Positions 8,192 through 19,112 of a stretch of 64,000 nucleotides of DNA are shown here, one piece after another. Position 1 is the first letter of the stretch, and each line of letters starts with the position of its first letter. Made by a program: the position numbers and the translations under genes. The notes under the pieces were generated by a model that saw only the letters and a program-made list of their open reading frames with translations, was not told the DNA's origin and made no database searches. Origin of the DNA: Calditrichia bacterium (GTDB taxonomy: Bacteria; Calditrichota; Calditrichia; RBG-13-44-9; J075); assembly GCA_028284445.1 (NCBI GenBank), contig JANQRS010000018.1, positions 1 to 64,000 on the forward strand, given 5' to 3'.

Positions 8192-9808
8192 TTATTGTTT
8201 CCCATCTAAATCCTTCACCTGATTTGTGGGAACCTCCTTGTTGACTTCCAGGTGCTTTTCAGCTTTCTGCAGCAGGTCATTGTTTCGTAAGACGATATTG
8301 CTGCTTTTCTCGCCGGAAACCTTCAGGAGCGTTTTGGCCCCATTGTCGGCCCTGGCATTGGTGAGTATGGCATCATTTACGTCATTGAGTTCAATTACCG
8401 GAAAATTTGATTCCAACAGCCCCTGACGACCCTGGACATCATTGACGACGACATCGTTGGATTGTGTCACGTAAACGGCGCTGGCCCACTTCTTTTCTGT
8501 TTCTGCGTTATTCCAACTGACATTGATGCCATCAAGGATGAGGCCGTCAACATTATCGGCATAGAAGGCGTGGTCTGCTCGCTTATCAGGTTTCGATTCG
8601 GGATCCATATGCAGTTGAACGTTCTTCAACTGGATATTGCGATACTGCTTACCGCCGGTACTTTCTATGCGGCTGGTGCCCTGCCCTCTGGCAATGATGT
8701 TCTCGAAGAGCACGTTTTCTACAAACCCGATTTTGGATTTCGGGCGGCGTTTGGTGATGATCATCCAAATCGGATCAGCGCTTCCCCACCAGTTGAAATG
8801 CCGTCGAGTACATTCAATAGTGATATTGGAAAAAATAACATCACTTACCCGCGCCCCATCGCGCACAACAATACTCAGGCCGCGATTGGAATCGCGCACC
8901 ACGCAATTATTGAAGACAATATTGCGGAAATCTCCATAGGACTCGGTGCCCAACTTCAAAGCAGTTGAGGAAGAACTGACAATACAATTTGTCACCGTCA
9001 CATTCTCGCATGGTTTGCCATCGCCGTGTTTGGTTTTCAGGCAAATACCGTCGTCGCCGGTAATAATCACGCAATCAGAAATCGTCACGTCTTTGCAACT
9101 GGTAATATCAATGCCGTCAGCATTCACGCCGCTTTCCAGATCCGAATAAATGTAGATGCCGCGAACGGAAACTCTTTCACAGCGGTTGAGGTGAAAAGTC
9201 CAGTAGGTTGATTCCAGCATTGAAACATCTTCGACGGTGACACCAATACAGTCGGAAAAGAGCACAAGGAAAGTTGGCGGCGGCACCCAGTAATATTGCT
9301 TCATTTCCACGCCAGACCGGCGGGCATTTTCGGTGATATCGGCGATGAATTTGTCTACCTTCCGGAGATCTTCATAAACTCGTTCAGCCTGACCATGAAG
9401 GGTGCCTTTTCCACGAATGGAAATATTCTTTGCGTCTTCGGCATAGATAAAGACGGATGTGCCGTTGAAATACCGGGGCTTATCGAAGAGGTCGCTGGTA
9501 TCACGGCTGGCATAAAGGGTTGCCCCGGCTTCCAGGTATAAGGTGGTATTGTCCTTCAAAACGATAGTGCCGGAAAGATAATCCCCGGGCGGTACATAAA
9601 CAGTCCCACCACCTGCTTCAAAACAGCGATCGATCGCCGTTTGAATCGCCTTCGTTGCAAGATCGGTCTTATTTGCTACCGCGCCGAAATCCTTAATGTT
9701 AAACACGGGCATTTGTGCAAAGGCATTAAACTGCAGCACAAGAGCGAGTGCAATAGCCGCACCAAGCCAGGGTGAGCTAAAAGCTGATATCTGAAAATTC
9801 TTCATCTT
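8192..9808 (-). CDS. Glycoside hydrolase family 28-like (polygalacturonase/pectinase-type) right-handed beta-helix protein, secreted
   Basis: Signal peptide from an internal Met (MKNFQISAFSSPWLGAAIALALVLQFNAFAQ). Motifs NADG (SGVNADGIDI) and GDDG (ITGDDGICLKT), with repeated beta-helix rungs, are typical of GH28. The N-terminal FNIKDFGAVANKTDLATKAIQTAID resembles polygalacturonases. The ORF extends to 9883, but the start at 9808 is preferred (4-nt gap to the upstream gene). Confidence 0.6.
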   Translation of the reverse strand, partial: KMKNFQISAFSSPWLGAAIALALVLQFNAFAQMPVFNIKDFGAVANKTDLATKAIQTAIDRCFEAGGGTVYVPPGDYLSGTIVLKDNTTLYLEAGATLYASRDTSDLFDKPRYFNGTSVFIYAEDAKNISIRGKGTLHGQAERVYEDLRKVDKFIADITENARRSGVEMKQYYWVPPPTFLVLFSDCIGVTVEDVSMLESTYWTFHLNRCERVSVRGIYIYSDLESGVNADGIDITSCKDVTISDCVIITGDDGICLKTKHGDGKPCENVTVTNCIVSSSSTALKLGTESYGDFRNIVFNNCVVRDSNRGLSIVVRDGARVSDVIFSNITIECTRRHFNWWGSADPIWMIITKRRPKSKIGFVENVLFENIIARGQGTSRIESTGGKQYRNIQLKNVQLHMDPESKPDKRADHAFYADNVDGLILDGINVSWNNAETEKKWASAVYVTQSNDVVVNDVQGRQGLLESNFPVIELNDVNDAILTNARADNGAKTLLKVSGEKSSNIVLRNNDLLQKAEKHLEVNKEVPTNQVKDLDGKQ

Positions 9809-9812
9809 ACTC

Positions 9813-10652
9813 CTATTTCTGCTTCCTGACAATTGGCGTTTGCGGAGGACCGAGAACCATCTCGGTCCAGGTATTGTCGGCATCGCCTTTACCGTAGATC
9901 AGGAAATGCCCGCCATACTCGCCGCCATCCGGATCACAATGCACAATCATCAACCTGTAAACCTGACCTTCCTGTGGCGGTATCCAATCCGGATCACTTT
10001 TGGCAAAGGTTTGACGCATATTGATTTTTGCTTCAACTGTGTAGTTCGCGGTGTTTATCTGCTTGCTATCCATATATATCGCATATTCGACTGCATCTGC
10101 CGGTAAGGGCTCTTCTATAAAGGACGTTTCTGCATCGCCGTGACGCCACCAGGCGCCGTAATCCGGCCGGCTTGTATCAGCAACAAAGCAAAATGCATTA
10201 TCGCCCTGTCCGAATTTTTCATCGATGGTATCAGCCGGCGCTTCAATAAACCAGGCGATTGCGTCTTTGTAATACCAGCGCTTCGGGGCATGTCGCGACT
10301 CACTAACGTCGTTGACGTTATCTTTCACATCCGCGCCCAGGTAGAGATAGAGCGAGTCCCAGGCGATATAATAGCGGGCATTCAAATCATCTCGCGGACC
10401 GGGTTCATTGCCGTGGTCAGTCAAGCGGTTGCGACGCGTATCATACCACTGGCTTTCCCGCAGGCGATAAATATCCCAGGCCCCATCGTGATGCGCAAAT
10501 TCTTGCCAATCGGAAAGATCTCCATCGATAACAGGTGCATTCTCCAGAAATGGAATGGCGGCATGCTTAGCTGGATCAGCAACCCTTTGGCATATTGCAA
10601 TATTGACCAGCAGGAGCAGCAAGGAGATTGTCGACAATATTAAGGAATTCAT
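9813..10652 (-). CDS. Secreted hypothetical protein (possible carbohydrate-binding / CBM9-DOMON-like module), co-operonic with the GH28 gene
   Basis: Signal peptide (MNSLILSTISLLLLLVNIAIC); Trp/Tyr/Asp-rich sequence with no catalytic motifs recognised; 4-nt spacing to the downstream GH28 gene. Confidence 0.35.
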   Translation of the reverse strand: MNSLILSTISLLLLLVNIAICQRVADPAKHAAIPFLENAPVIDGDLSDWQEFAHHDGAWDIYRLRESQWYDTRRNRLTDHGNEPGPRDDLNARYYIAWDSLYLYLGADVKDNVNDVSESRHAPKRWYYKDAIAWFIEAPADTIDEKFGQGDNAFCFVADTSRPDYGAWWRHGDAETSFIEEPLPADAVEYAIYMDSKQINTANYTVEAKINMRQTFAKSDPDWIPPQEGQVYRLMIVHCDPDGGEYGGHFLIYGKGDADNTWTEMVLGPPQTPIVRKQK

Positions 10653-10916
10653 GGATATTTAAGTTGCTCTTCGGGAGTACGCATGCAATTTCCCAAACAT
10701 AACAAGCGGCAACAGCATTTCCAAGTTCAAAGGCCGTCGGGTTTTATCTCCACCGAATTTATTTTATTTCGAAAATAGGGTTTCGTGCTGGTCCGATTGT
10801 ATAAAGAGGCAGCCGGAAAGCGACCAATACTTATGTCGCGTTCTATTGGGTAAACGCCAGGAGAAGCGCGTTCGTCTCAATAAGGGCGAAAAATCGAATA
10901 GCATGGAGAAATAAAT

Positions 10917-12266
10917 ATGAACCGCAGCTTATTATCAATTGTTGGCAGTCTCTTTTTTGCATTGCTCATGACCCATTCAACTGTCTACGGCCAGGGCAGC
11001 GACAATGTCACGCTACTTGCCAGTATTGACCCACGGCCCTCGACAGGCTATAATGATTGTTGGGGCTACACGGCAACCGACGGCCGCGAATATGCCCTCA
11101 TAGGCGCTTACACCGGTACCAGCATTATTGACATTACAGACACCGACAATGTTTCGGAAGTGGACTTTATTTCTGGGTCATTCTCCATTTGGCGCGATAT
11201 CAAAACCTATCAAAACTATGCCTACGTTGTTAACGAAAGTGGTGGCGGCATGCAAATCATTGATCTTTCCGATCTGCCGTCCTCAGCATCGGTGGCCGCG
11301 ACTTTTGGCGGCTTCAGCGTGATGCATAATATCTATATCGATGAAGACAACGCCATGCTCTATGCAAGCCCCGGCAGCGGTTCAGCAGCATGTATCGCTT
11401 ACAGTCTGGCGGATCCCACCAATCCCGTACAGACTTCTACATTTGGTATTCACAATCACGATAGCTATGCCCGCAATGGCATCGTATACCTGTCAGAGGG
11501 CGGCAATGGCAGTATTGGTGTCTTCGATTTGACAGACCCTTCCAGCCCGACCTTTCTGCAGCGCTTTGACATACCTGCCTCAGGGTATGTGCATAATGCC
11601 TGGACTACTGAAGACGGAAACTATCTGATGACGACTGAAGAAACATCAGGGAAGACCATCAAGTTCTGGGATATATCAGACCTCGACAATGTGACGCTGA
11701 AGAGTGAGGTATTGGGTAGCGGCGGCTTGGCGCATAACGCCCACATCAAAGGCGACTATGCCTATGTCTCTCATTATTCGGATGGATTAAAGATTTACGA
11801 TCTATCTGATCCGGACAACGTAGCAGAAATTGGATTTTATGATACACATGCTGCTACCGTCGGCGGTTCCGGCGCCTGGGGTGCATTTCCATTTTTTGAT
11901 TCGGGCAAAATTCTAATTTCGGATCAGGAACATGGGCTGTTTGTGGTCACCCTCGATTCGCCAACTGGTATCGACGATACGCCCGATGTTGCCGGCGTTC
12001 CCGGCGGCTATCAATTAGGCGACAATTATCCGAATCCGTTTAACCCCAGCACACAATTCCGCTTCACGCTACCGCAGCCTGAAAATGTTCGCATCAGCGT
12101 TTACAACCTGCAGGGACAAACCGTCGCAACCCTGGTAAACGAACGAAAGGCAGCCGGTGATCATACGGTTCAATTTGACGCCCGCGATCTGCCCAGCGGC
12201 CTCTATCTTTACCAGATTGAAGCCGGTCAATTCCAGGCTGTCAAGAAAATGATATTGACAAAGTAG
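10917..12266 (+). CDS. LVIVD-repeat beta-propeller protein (choice-of-anchor-B-like) with a T9SS C-terminal sorting domain (449 aa)
   Basis: Signal peptide; repeated Y-A-Y-V..--G-L-x-I-x-D-L-S-D-P blocks (GDYAYVSHYSDGLKIYDLSDPDNV); C-terminal NYPNPFNPSTQFRFTLP...SVYNLQGQTVATLV...GLYLYQI T9SS tail. Confidence 0.75.
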   Translation: MNRSLLSIVGSLFFALLMTHSTVYGQGSDNVTLLASIDPRPSTGYNDCWGYTATDGREYALIGAYTGTSIIDITDTDNVSEVDFISGSFSIWRDIKTYQNYAYVVNESGGGMQIIDLSDLPSSASVAATFGGFSVMHNIYIDEDNAMLYASPGSGSAACIAYSLADPTNPVQTSTFGIHNHDSYARNGIVYLSEGGNGSIGVFDLTDPSSPTFLQRFDIPASGYVHNAWTTEDGNYLMTTEETSGKTIKFWDISDLDNVTLKSEVLGSGGLAHNAHIKGDYAYVSHYSDGLKIYDLSDPDNVAEIGFYDTHAATVGGSGAWGAFPFFDSGKILISDQEHGLFVVTLDSPTGIDDTPDVAGVPGGYQLGDNYPNPFNPSTQFRFTLPQPENVRISVYNLQGQTVATLVNERKAAGDHTVQFDARDLPSGLYLYQIEAGQFQAVKKMILTK

Positions 12267-12271
12267 AGCAC

Positions 12272-14770
12272 TTACTTGTCAAGCTCCGTCCGTATTGCTA
12301 CCCCAAGATTTTCAATCGTATACGGTTTGCGCACATAGGCCCCGGCACCTAATTCCTGGGCCATGCGCACCCGTTCGGTTTCCGCATAGCCACTGGCAAT
12401 AATGGCTTTCGTGCCGGGACATCGTTGTAAGATATTCTTATAGGTATCGAAGCCGTCGATTCCCGGATCCATTATCATATCCAGCACCAGGATATCGCAC
12501 GATTGATTTTCCATATACCTGATAGCCTCCTCGCCACTGCCTGCTGTGTGCACCTTATATCCTAATTTCGTGAGAATATTGGCAGCAAGAATGCACTGCT
12601 CCGGTATATCGTCCACCACCAGCACATTTTCGCATCCCTTTGCAGAATACTGATTCAGTGGCACTGTCGCAGGATTATCCTGCAGCTTTTCCCGGGATGC
12701 CGGGAAGTAAAGAACAAAGCTGGTTCCGCAGCCTTCAGCAGGAACTATATCGATATATCCCTGATGATCTTGCACAGTGCCCCAAACGATGGACATTCCC
12801 AAGCCGGTTCCGCTTCTTCCCATCGCCTTTTTTGTATAAAAGGGTTCGAATATCTTTTGCCGATCTCCCTGTGAAATCCCTGGTCCGTTATCAGTCACGC
12901 TCAGAACTACATAATCCCCTTCTTTGACCTGATCGTAACCCTGGATGGGTTTATCAACATAGCGGTTTTCCGATCGAATTTGAATCACGCCTCCCTGCGG
13001 CTGCGATTCTGCAGCATTCAGGATCAGGTTCATGACACTTTTTTGAATATGAATGGTAGATCCCTTTAGATTCAGAAGATCAGGTTCCAGATCGCATGCA
13101 ACCTTGATATCGGCGTATCTAAGCAGCATATTCTTATGCTCAAGCGAGTCCAGATGGGTCGAAACAATATCATTTATGTTCGTGACTGTTTTGCTGACTA
13201 CGGCTCGTCGACCGAGAATCAGCAAGTCCTGTATAATCGCTGCGGCCCGAATACCGGACTCCTTGATTGCCAGTATCGGTCCTTTGAACGGATTATCATC
13301 TTTCATATCCAGCAATAACAAATCCGGATACCCAACGATTCCGGACAAAATATTATTCAGGTCGTGGGCAATCCCACTCGACAACAAACCAACCGTTTTC
13401 ATCTTCTCCACCCGCAACAATTGCGCTTCCAGCTCCTGCTTTTCCTCTTCAGCGCGTTTACGCTCCTTGAGCTCAAGAATATATTGCTCATTGGCTTGCT
13501 TCAGTTGCTCGTGTTGGTGTTCGATGGTCATAAATGCTCTCGAAAAACGGGCGGCCAGGAGATAGGCTTGCAACACCACGAAGATAAATATGCTGATTGG
13601 CACCCAGTGGTTCGTTTGGATCACTTCATCCGCATACAGCACATCATTGATCGTCGCTGCACCTAAAATGATGAAGGCGCCGAGGACCAACAAGCTGCTT
13701 TCACGCTGTTTCCGTACGCATTGCAGCAACAGGTATAGCCCATAAGCAAGGCAGACATAGCTGAATCCGTGATAGACATGCAGGGTATGCGTAAAAACAG
13801 CAACCGGCGTAAAGAAGACAATGGCACTCAGGCCAATTCCCGTTACTACCATCAACTTCAGGAAGGTCTTGTTGAAATCATCTTCAAACAGGTGATAGAG
13901 ATAAACCCCGAAGACGGGAACTGCGGCATATGCAGTGAAATACTCTAAGGTCACCAGCCATCCCCAATCGGCATTTTCAAGAAATTCAAATAGTGCCCGT
14001 TCACCGGTTGCCACGGCTCGAAAAGCGATTAAGACACAAAAAAGCCCAAAATAAAGCGGCGGCTCATAACGCTGCGTCAGGATAAAAATGCCAATATGGT
14101 AAAGACCAATTATTAAGAAACAGCCGAATAAGATATAATCGAGAATCTCCCGATGATTTTTCGTTGCCTGCAGTTCCGTCGCAATACCGAGTTGAATTGG
14201 TTCCCAGACACCGCCACGCGCATGATGATAGTTTGACACATGGAAAATAATTTCAAGCTCACCGGTCTCACACGAGAATGGGGTCACTTGCGAAAGATAT
14301 TGAGGATCGCTCTCTTCTTTGTCTCTGCCAACTGTTCCTGCGGAAGCTATTTTTTTACCGTTCAGGTATCCGGCAAAAGCCGTTCCCATATTCAGAAATT
14401 TCAGCCCAAGTGCCTGTCCATGCTTTCCCAGAATAATCCGCAGGCGATAGGTTGCATGGCCGCTGCCACCAATTGCTCTACCCTGAAATTGGAATGTGTT
14501 CCAGGAAGCAGGCACGGAAATAAACCCATCCATCTGCGGGATCGAGTCGCTGGCAAAATAATCCGGCGATAAAAGCTGATTCCAATAGAACTCGAACTCA
14601 CCTGAAATATGGATGCTACCATCCCGTACAAAATCCCAATCAGACAAGTCAAGGGTTCCCTCCTCGGCATGCGGGTACCTGGATTCCTGGCTATAAATTT
14701 GACCGGAGAGCAAGAGAATGAAGCAAAAGAACAAGCACCGGTGACAAGATTTTCGACAGCAGTTATTCAT
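12272..14770 (-). CDS. Hybrid sensor histidine kinase/response regulator with N-terminal 7TMR-DISM extracellular and 7TM domains
   Basis: Signal peptide and a large extracellular domain, then seven hydrophobic helices (7TMR-DISM architecture), a coiled coil, a HisKA H-box (SSGIAHDLNNIL), HATPase_c (DNGPGI...GTGLGMS), and a C-terminal REC domain (VLVVDD...LVLDMIMDPGIDGF...ASGY). The start is placed at the internal Met that precedes the signal peptide. Confidence 0.8.
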   Translation of the reverse strand: MNNCCRKSCHRCLFFCFILLLSGQIYSQESRYPHAEEGTLDLSDWDFVRDGSIHISGEFEFYWNQLLSPDYFASDSIPQMDGFISVPASWNTFQFQGRAIGGSGHATYRLRIILGKHGQALGLKFLNMGTAFAGYLNGKKIASAGTVGRDKEESDPQYLSQVTPFSCETGELEIIFHVSNYHHARGGVWEPIQLGIATELQATKNHREILDYILFGCFLIIGLYHIGIFILTQRYEPPLYFGLFCVLIAFRAVATGERALFEFLENADWGWLVTLEYFTAYAAVPVFGVYLYHLFEDDFNKTFLKLMVVTGIGLSAIVFFTPVAVFTHTLHVYHGFSYVCLAYGLYLLLQCVRKQRESSLLVLGAFIILGAATINDVLYADEVIQTNHWVPISIFIFVVLQAYLLAARFSRAFMTIEHQHEQLKQANEQYILELKERKRAEEEKQELEAQLLRVEKMKTVGLLSSGIAHDLNNILSGIVGYPDLLLLDMKDDNPFKGPILAIKESGIRAAAIIQDLLILGRRAVVSKTVTNINDIVSTHLDSLEHKNMLLRYADIKVACDLEPDLLNLKGSTIHIQKSVMNLILNAAESQPQGGVIQIRSENRYVDKPIQGYDQVKEGDYVVLSVTDNGPGISQGDRQKIFEPFYTKKAMGRSGTGLGMSIVWGTVQDHQGYIDIVPAEGCGTSFVLYFPASREKLQDNPATVPLNQYSAKGCENVLVVDDIPEQCILAANILTKLGYKVHTAGSGEEAIRYMENQSCDILVLDMIMDPGIDGFDTYKNILQRCPGTKAIIASGYAETERVRMAQELGAGAYVRKPYTIENLGVAIRTELDK

Positions 14771-15249
14771 GTTTGTATCAGCATTTCCTAAAGTAAGTGC
14801 CTGCTGAATCAATCAGTGGAAATCCTATATATCAATCAAATGCCGCGCTCAAATTTGCGTTCTGCACACATTTCTGTTTTGTCGCTTGCGCCTGGCAGCA
14901 GCGCGGCAATAGCCGGCGCGATATACCAGGGGCAATATCCCGGCAATATCATTTAAACAGAATGCATATGCCGGCAATGTAGATTATGCCAAGACTACTA
15001 TTTACAGATTAAAACCCAATGACAGTATCAGCAGCACGTGCGTTCGATGTAAACACAGATCGATGTTGAATTTCGCAGGACGGTGAGCAAATCGCAGATG
15101 TGGCTCATCCGCTAACTTTACAATGATCGGCAGATCCTGGGAAGACATGAGGGGAAAAACACTTTTTAATGGAGATAGAGGAATGAGCCAGGACACCCAT
15201 GGGTATACCGGCTCATCAATCAAGGGGAAGAAATAGATAAGGTATAACT

Positions 15250-17661
15250 TTACTCATAGCGAAGCGATTTGATCGGATTTCCGAGCGCTGAACGCATTGT
15301 GTGGTAACCGATTGTCAGCAGCGATATAAGAATCGCAAGTACCGCAGCCAGAACAAAAATGCCGGCATCAATATTGGTGCGATAAGCAAAATCATCGAGC
15401 CAACCGTTTATTGCCCAATAGGCAACTGGCATCGCAATAAACATAGAAATCAGCACCAGCTTCAGAAAATCTCTGGAAAGCATCACGACGATATTCGCCA
15501 CCGATGCACCCAACACCTTGCGGACCCCAATTTCCTTTGTCCGCTTCGTCGCCACCAAAGCAGCGAGGCCAAAGAGACCGAGACAGGCAATGAGCAAGGC
15601 AAAGCCGGTGGCATAAGTGACTATATTGCTCAAGCGCTCCTCCTGTTGATATTGGCGCCCGAGGGCATCATCCAGGAAGTAATAATCGAAAGATATTGAT
15701 GGCGCTACCGTTTCCCAGGTGCGCTTCAGCAGAGCGATGGTGGACTGGATATTTTCTCCGCGAATTCGCACTGCCATTTTGGGATTGGGCGATGCACTGA
15801 AGCTGACATCGTTGCTCATTCGCGCCATGCTGCGCAGATCCATTGTCAACACCAACGGGGAAACCGGGGAATGTAACGATTCATAGTTAAAGTCCTTCAC
15901 CACACCAATGATGCTCTGCGTGAAACTGCCCGGCAAGGTTTTGCCTATCGGATCTTGCCAGCCATATTCAGCAACCAGCGCCTCATTAACGATGATGGAC
16001 GCTTCCCGGTCTGCTGAATTCTCCCTTGAAAAGTTTCGGCCGGCAACCATCTCGATGTTCATGGCATCAATAAATTCAGGATCGATCATATTGGCGCGAA
16101 ATTCACGATAAGTGCCGTCGTCCGCCTCATATCCCAACCAGGCCCAGCCTTCACTCAAGGCGAAAACGGATGTGGTCATATCGATAATCGACGGTTGACC
16201 GGCAAGCTCATTGCGTAACTTCTCTCCCACCGGCAAGCCTTCTTGAACAGACAGCCCTGTAGGAACAACCACAACATGCTCTCGCTCATAGCCGAGATTC
16301 TTTTCCTGCAGATAGCTCAGTTGCTTCGCCATTCCGAGGGTGCAAATGATCAACATAATCGACAAGGCAAACTGAACCACGGTTAAGGTTTGCCGCAAAC
16401 CGGACCGGTTTTTCAACTTGCCGGCAAGCATACGCCCCTTAAGCACCTCCACCGGGTTAAACCCGGACAAAACGATGGCGGGATAGCTGCCGGCAACCAA
16501 ACCGATGAGCAACATCAAAGCCACCATGCCGCCTAAGACAAAGCGATCAAAGGCGAAAACCAGTTCCTTCCCGGAAAGGACGTTGAAGGTCGGCAAAAAG
16601 ATTTGCGCCAATACCACCCCGAGAAGGAGCGCCAGCAAGCTCAGTAGGACAGCTTCGCCCCAGAATTGGCGAATTAATTGAGAGCGATTGGCGCCAACAA
16701 CCTTACGGACGCCCACTTCACGCGCCCGTTCCGCAGAACGCCCAATGGCAAGTGTTGTAAAATTGATACAGGCAATCAAAAAGACGAAGAATGCGATAAC
16801 TGCCAGAATATAGGAATAAACCGGGTCGCTAATGGCCTCATGCCCGGCAGGGAAATTTGTATCGAGGTGAATATCCGGCATCGCCTGATAATGAAGAATA
16901 TAGGCGCCTTCCTTATATCTCTCGCCCATAATTTGTTTGATTAGAGCCGGCGTTTTTTCCTCGAGCTGAGCAATATCGTATCCGGCAGGTAATTGGATAT
17001 AGGTCTCGGGAACAACGCTAAAATAACTCTTATGAACACGTTCCGGCCAACGCTGCTTGCCATTCTCAAAAGAAATCAGGAAGCCAAATTGAATGCTGGA
17101 ATTAGAAGGCGGATTCTCGGCTACCCCGGAAATCTCAAAGTTGCTCATGTCGTTACCAACGCGCAGAGCGATGGTTTGACCGAGCGGATTCTGTTCGCCA
17201 AAATACTTTTCTGCCATTTCCTGAGAGATGACAATCGAAGAAGGATCGCTGAAGCGCGTTCCGGCCAGCATCGGGAAGTCAAAAGTATCAAAAAAACCAT
17301 CGTCTACCAGATGAACCCGTTCGCTGAATGACAATTCATCTTTTTCCAGCAAGTCGGTTAGTGTGGCAATACGCACCAACGATTCGATCTCCGGGAAATT
17401 GTCTTGCAGTGCCGGGCCGAGTGCAATGGGCGAGAGCGTATTCAGGAACTGTTGATCATCTTCATAGTTCTCTTCCACTGCCACCCGGTAAATATCCGCC
17501 GATCGATCGTGGAAGGTGTCAAAGCTCCACTCATCCCGCACGAAGAGCAGAATCAGCAGACAACAAGCAATTCCCAAGGCCAGCCCAAAGATATTGATGA
17601 CGGTATACAGTTTATTTTTCCATAAGCTACGGTAGGCGATTTTGAAATAGCTGCTCAGCAT
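15250..17661 (-). CDS. ABC-transporter permease, tandem FtsX/MacB-type (803 aa)
   Basis: An N-terminal TM helix and large periplasmic domain, then four TM helices, repeated twice (two MacB_PCD plus FtsX units). Typical of Bacteroidota FtsX-like permease family proteins. No adjacent ATPase gene. Confidence 0.8.
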   Translation of the reverse strand: MLSSYFKIAYRSLWKNKLYTVINIFGLALGIACCLLILLFVRDEWSFDTFHDRSADIYRVAVEENYEDDQQFLNTLSPIALGPALQDNFPEIESLVRIATLTDLLEKDELSFSERVHLVDDGFFDTFDFPMLAGTRFSDPSSIVISQEMAEKYFGEQNPLGQTIALRVGNDMSNFEISGVAENPPSNSSIQFGFLISFENGKQRWPERVHKSYFSVVPETYIQLPAGYDIAQLEEKTPALIKQIMGERYKEGAYILHYQAMPDIHLDTNFPAGHEAISDPVYSYILAVIAFFVFLIACINFTTLAIGRSAERAREVGVRKVVGANRSQLIRQFWGEAVLLSLLALLLGVVLAQIFLPTFNVLSGKELVFAFDRFVLGGMVALMLLIGLVAGSYPAIVLSGFNPVEVLKGRMLAGKLKNRSGLRQTLTVVQFALSIMLIICTLGMAKQLSYLQEKNLGYEREHVVVVPTGLSVQEGLPVGEKLRNELAGQPSIIDMTTSVFALSEGWAWLGYEADDGTYREFRANMIDPEFIDAMNIEMVAGRNFSRENSADREASIIVNEALVAEYGWQDPIGKTLPGSFTQSIIGVVKDFNYESLHSPVSPLVLTMDLRSMARMSNDVSFSASPNPKMAVRIRGENIQSTIALLKRTWETVAPSISFDYYFLDDALGRQYQQEERLSNIVTYATGFALLIACLGLFGLAALVATKRTKEIGVRKVLGASVANIVVMLSRDFLKLVLISMFIAMPVAYWAINGWLDDFAYRTNIDAGIFVLAAVLAILISLLTIGYHTMRSALGNPIKSLRYE

Positions 17662-17953
17662 AAGTTTGGTCCTGTAATTGATTAACGATACATAAAAAAT
17701 CTTCGCAGAGAACCGTCAAGAATTGCTGTCATTCCCGGCCCTTTTCAACACGAGTTCATTCAATATCCATACCGGAATTACAAACAGCATCTTAATTCTT
17801 GTTTATTATCACCTTACACATAACACAAAAGCGGACAAAACCCAAAGGTCTGTCCGCTGATAAGACACCGGCTGTACGCATGTGAACAGGCGGAATTGAA
17901 ACTATACGGTACGCGTTGCGCGTGCCGCTTAAGATGGTGCTGGTTTACGAATT

Positions 17954-18835
17954 CTATTTGCTGCAATCCTGGTCAAATAACCCCTCTACACGGTAGGTGC
18001 CATCCGTGTCGATGAACATTGCCGGTATGCGGGTGGTATCCTGGGCGCCGTCTACACAATAGAGTTTATTCTGTTCAACATACGTTCTTCGAACATTGGT
18101 AATACTTTCAGGGAGCTCAGACAATTCATTGTCCTCTACATGTAAGAAGAACAAATGTGGAATATTGCCAATGCCTTCAGGCAGCGCCTCCAGCCGATTT
18201 GCAGTCAACTCCAGTTTATAGAGCATGGGCAATTCGCAAAAAAAGTCTGGCAGCCTCTGAAAATTATTACGCGATAAGTCCAGGTTCCTCAAGTTGTCTA
18301 ATTCCGCAAAAGAGGCGGGTAGAGATTCCAAAGCATTGGCAGCCACGTAGAGCCCACTCAGGCTGGTCATTTCACCGATCCTTTCCGGGAGCCTCTCCAG
18401 ATCGTTTCCAAAAAATTGCAATATTCTTAGACTATCCAACTCGCAAATGGCGTCCGGAAGTTCCTTCAAGCTCGTATAAGGTATGTAAATTGCGATTAAG
18501 TTCTCGACTTTACCGATCGATTCGGGAAGAGCTTTAATATCATAAACGGGAGCAATTGTCGCAGGTGGTCCCCAGTCTGTAACTTTGGAAAGTCTCAGAA
18601 TTGTTAGGCGTTTGTTTTCCCATTCTTGAAAGCCAACCTCCAGTGGCGCAAGAATACCATCACCATTATTTCTATCCAACGCTGACGACGCTTCGGTCAA
18701 CCCATTCAGATTGATAAGGTGTTGTAGAAACGCAATGTCGTCAGGGTGGTGGGTGTAGTCGTCTGAGTCTAGTCCCGATTGACAGGCCATCCACATAGTG
18801 GCCAATAAGAATACTAAAAGCCTAATATACCTCAT
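17954..18835 (-). CDS. Leucine-rich-repeat lipoprotein (293 aa)
   Basis: Signal peptide with Cys (LLATMWMACQS); at least 8 consecutive 23-residue LRR units of the form LxxLPxxIGxLxxLxxLxLxxNxL (for example LERLPERIGEMTSLSGLYVAANALESLP). Confidence 0.8.
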   Translation of the reverse strand: MRYIRLLVFLLATMWMACQSGLDSDDYTHHPDDIAFLQHLINLNGLTEASSALDRNNGDGILAPLEVGFQEWENKRLTILRLSKVTDWGPPATIAPVYDIKALPESIGKVENLIAIYIPYTSLKELPDAICELDSLRILQFFGNDLERLPERIGEMTSLSGLYVAANALESLPASFAELDNLRNLDLSRNNFQRLPDFFCELPMLYKLELTANRLEALPEGIGNIPHLFFLHVEDNELSELPESITNVRRTYVEQNKLYCVDGAQDTTRIPAMFIDTDGTYRVEGLFDQDCSK

Positions 18836-19112
18836 GTTTCCTCCCCGGTTCTTTAATCTAAATCAGTTCAAAAACTGTTCCAATTTGTAAGTCCTGCAAA
18901 CGCCCATTTTTGTGGCGATTTTGTTTCGAATTCTCTAATGAAGTGTCAGATTTAATATACACCTGTATGAAATAAGATGCTTTCTTAAAACGAGCAAGAG
19001 AGCTTGTACGAGACCGACACAACTAAATCTACCAATCGTCGTAAATTGGAAAGGCGGTGATAGCATTTCCAATGAGATTTCCGGGGTTAAGACAATCAAC
19101 CAGGACGAGTAC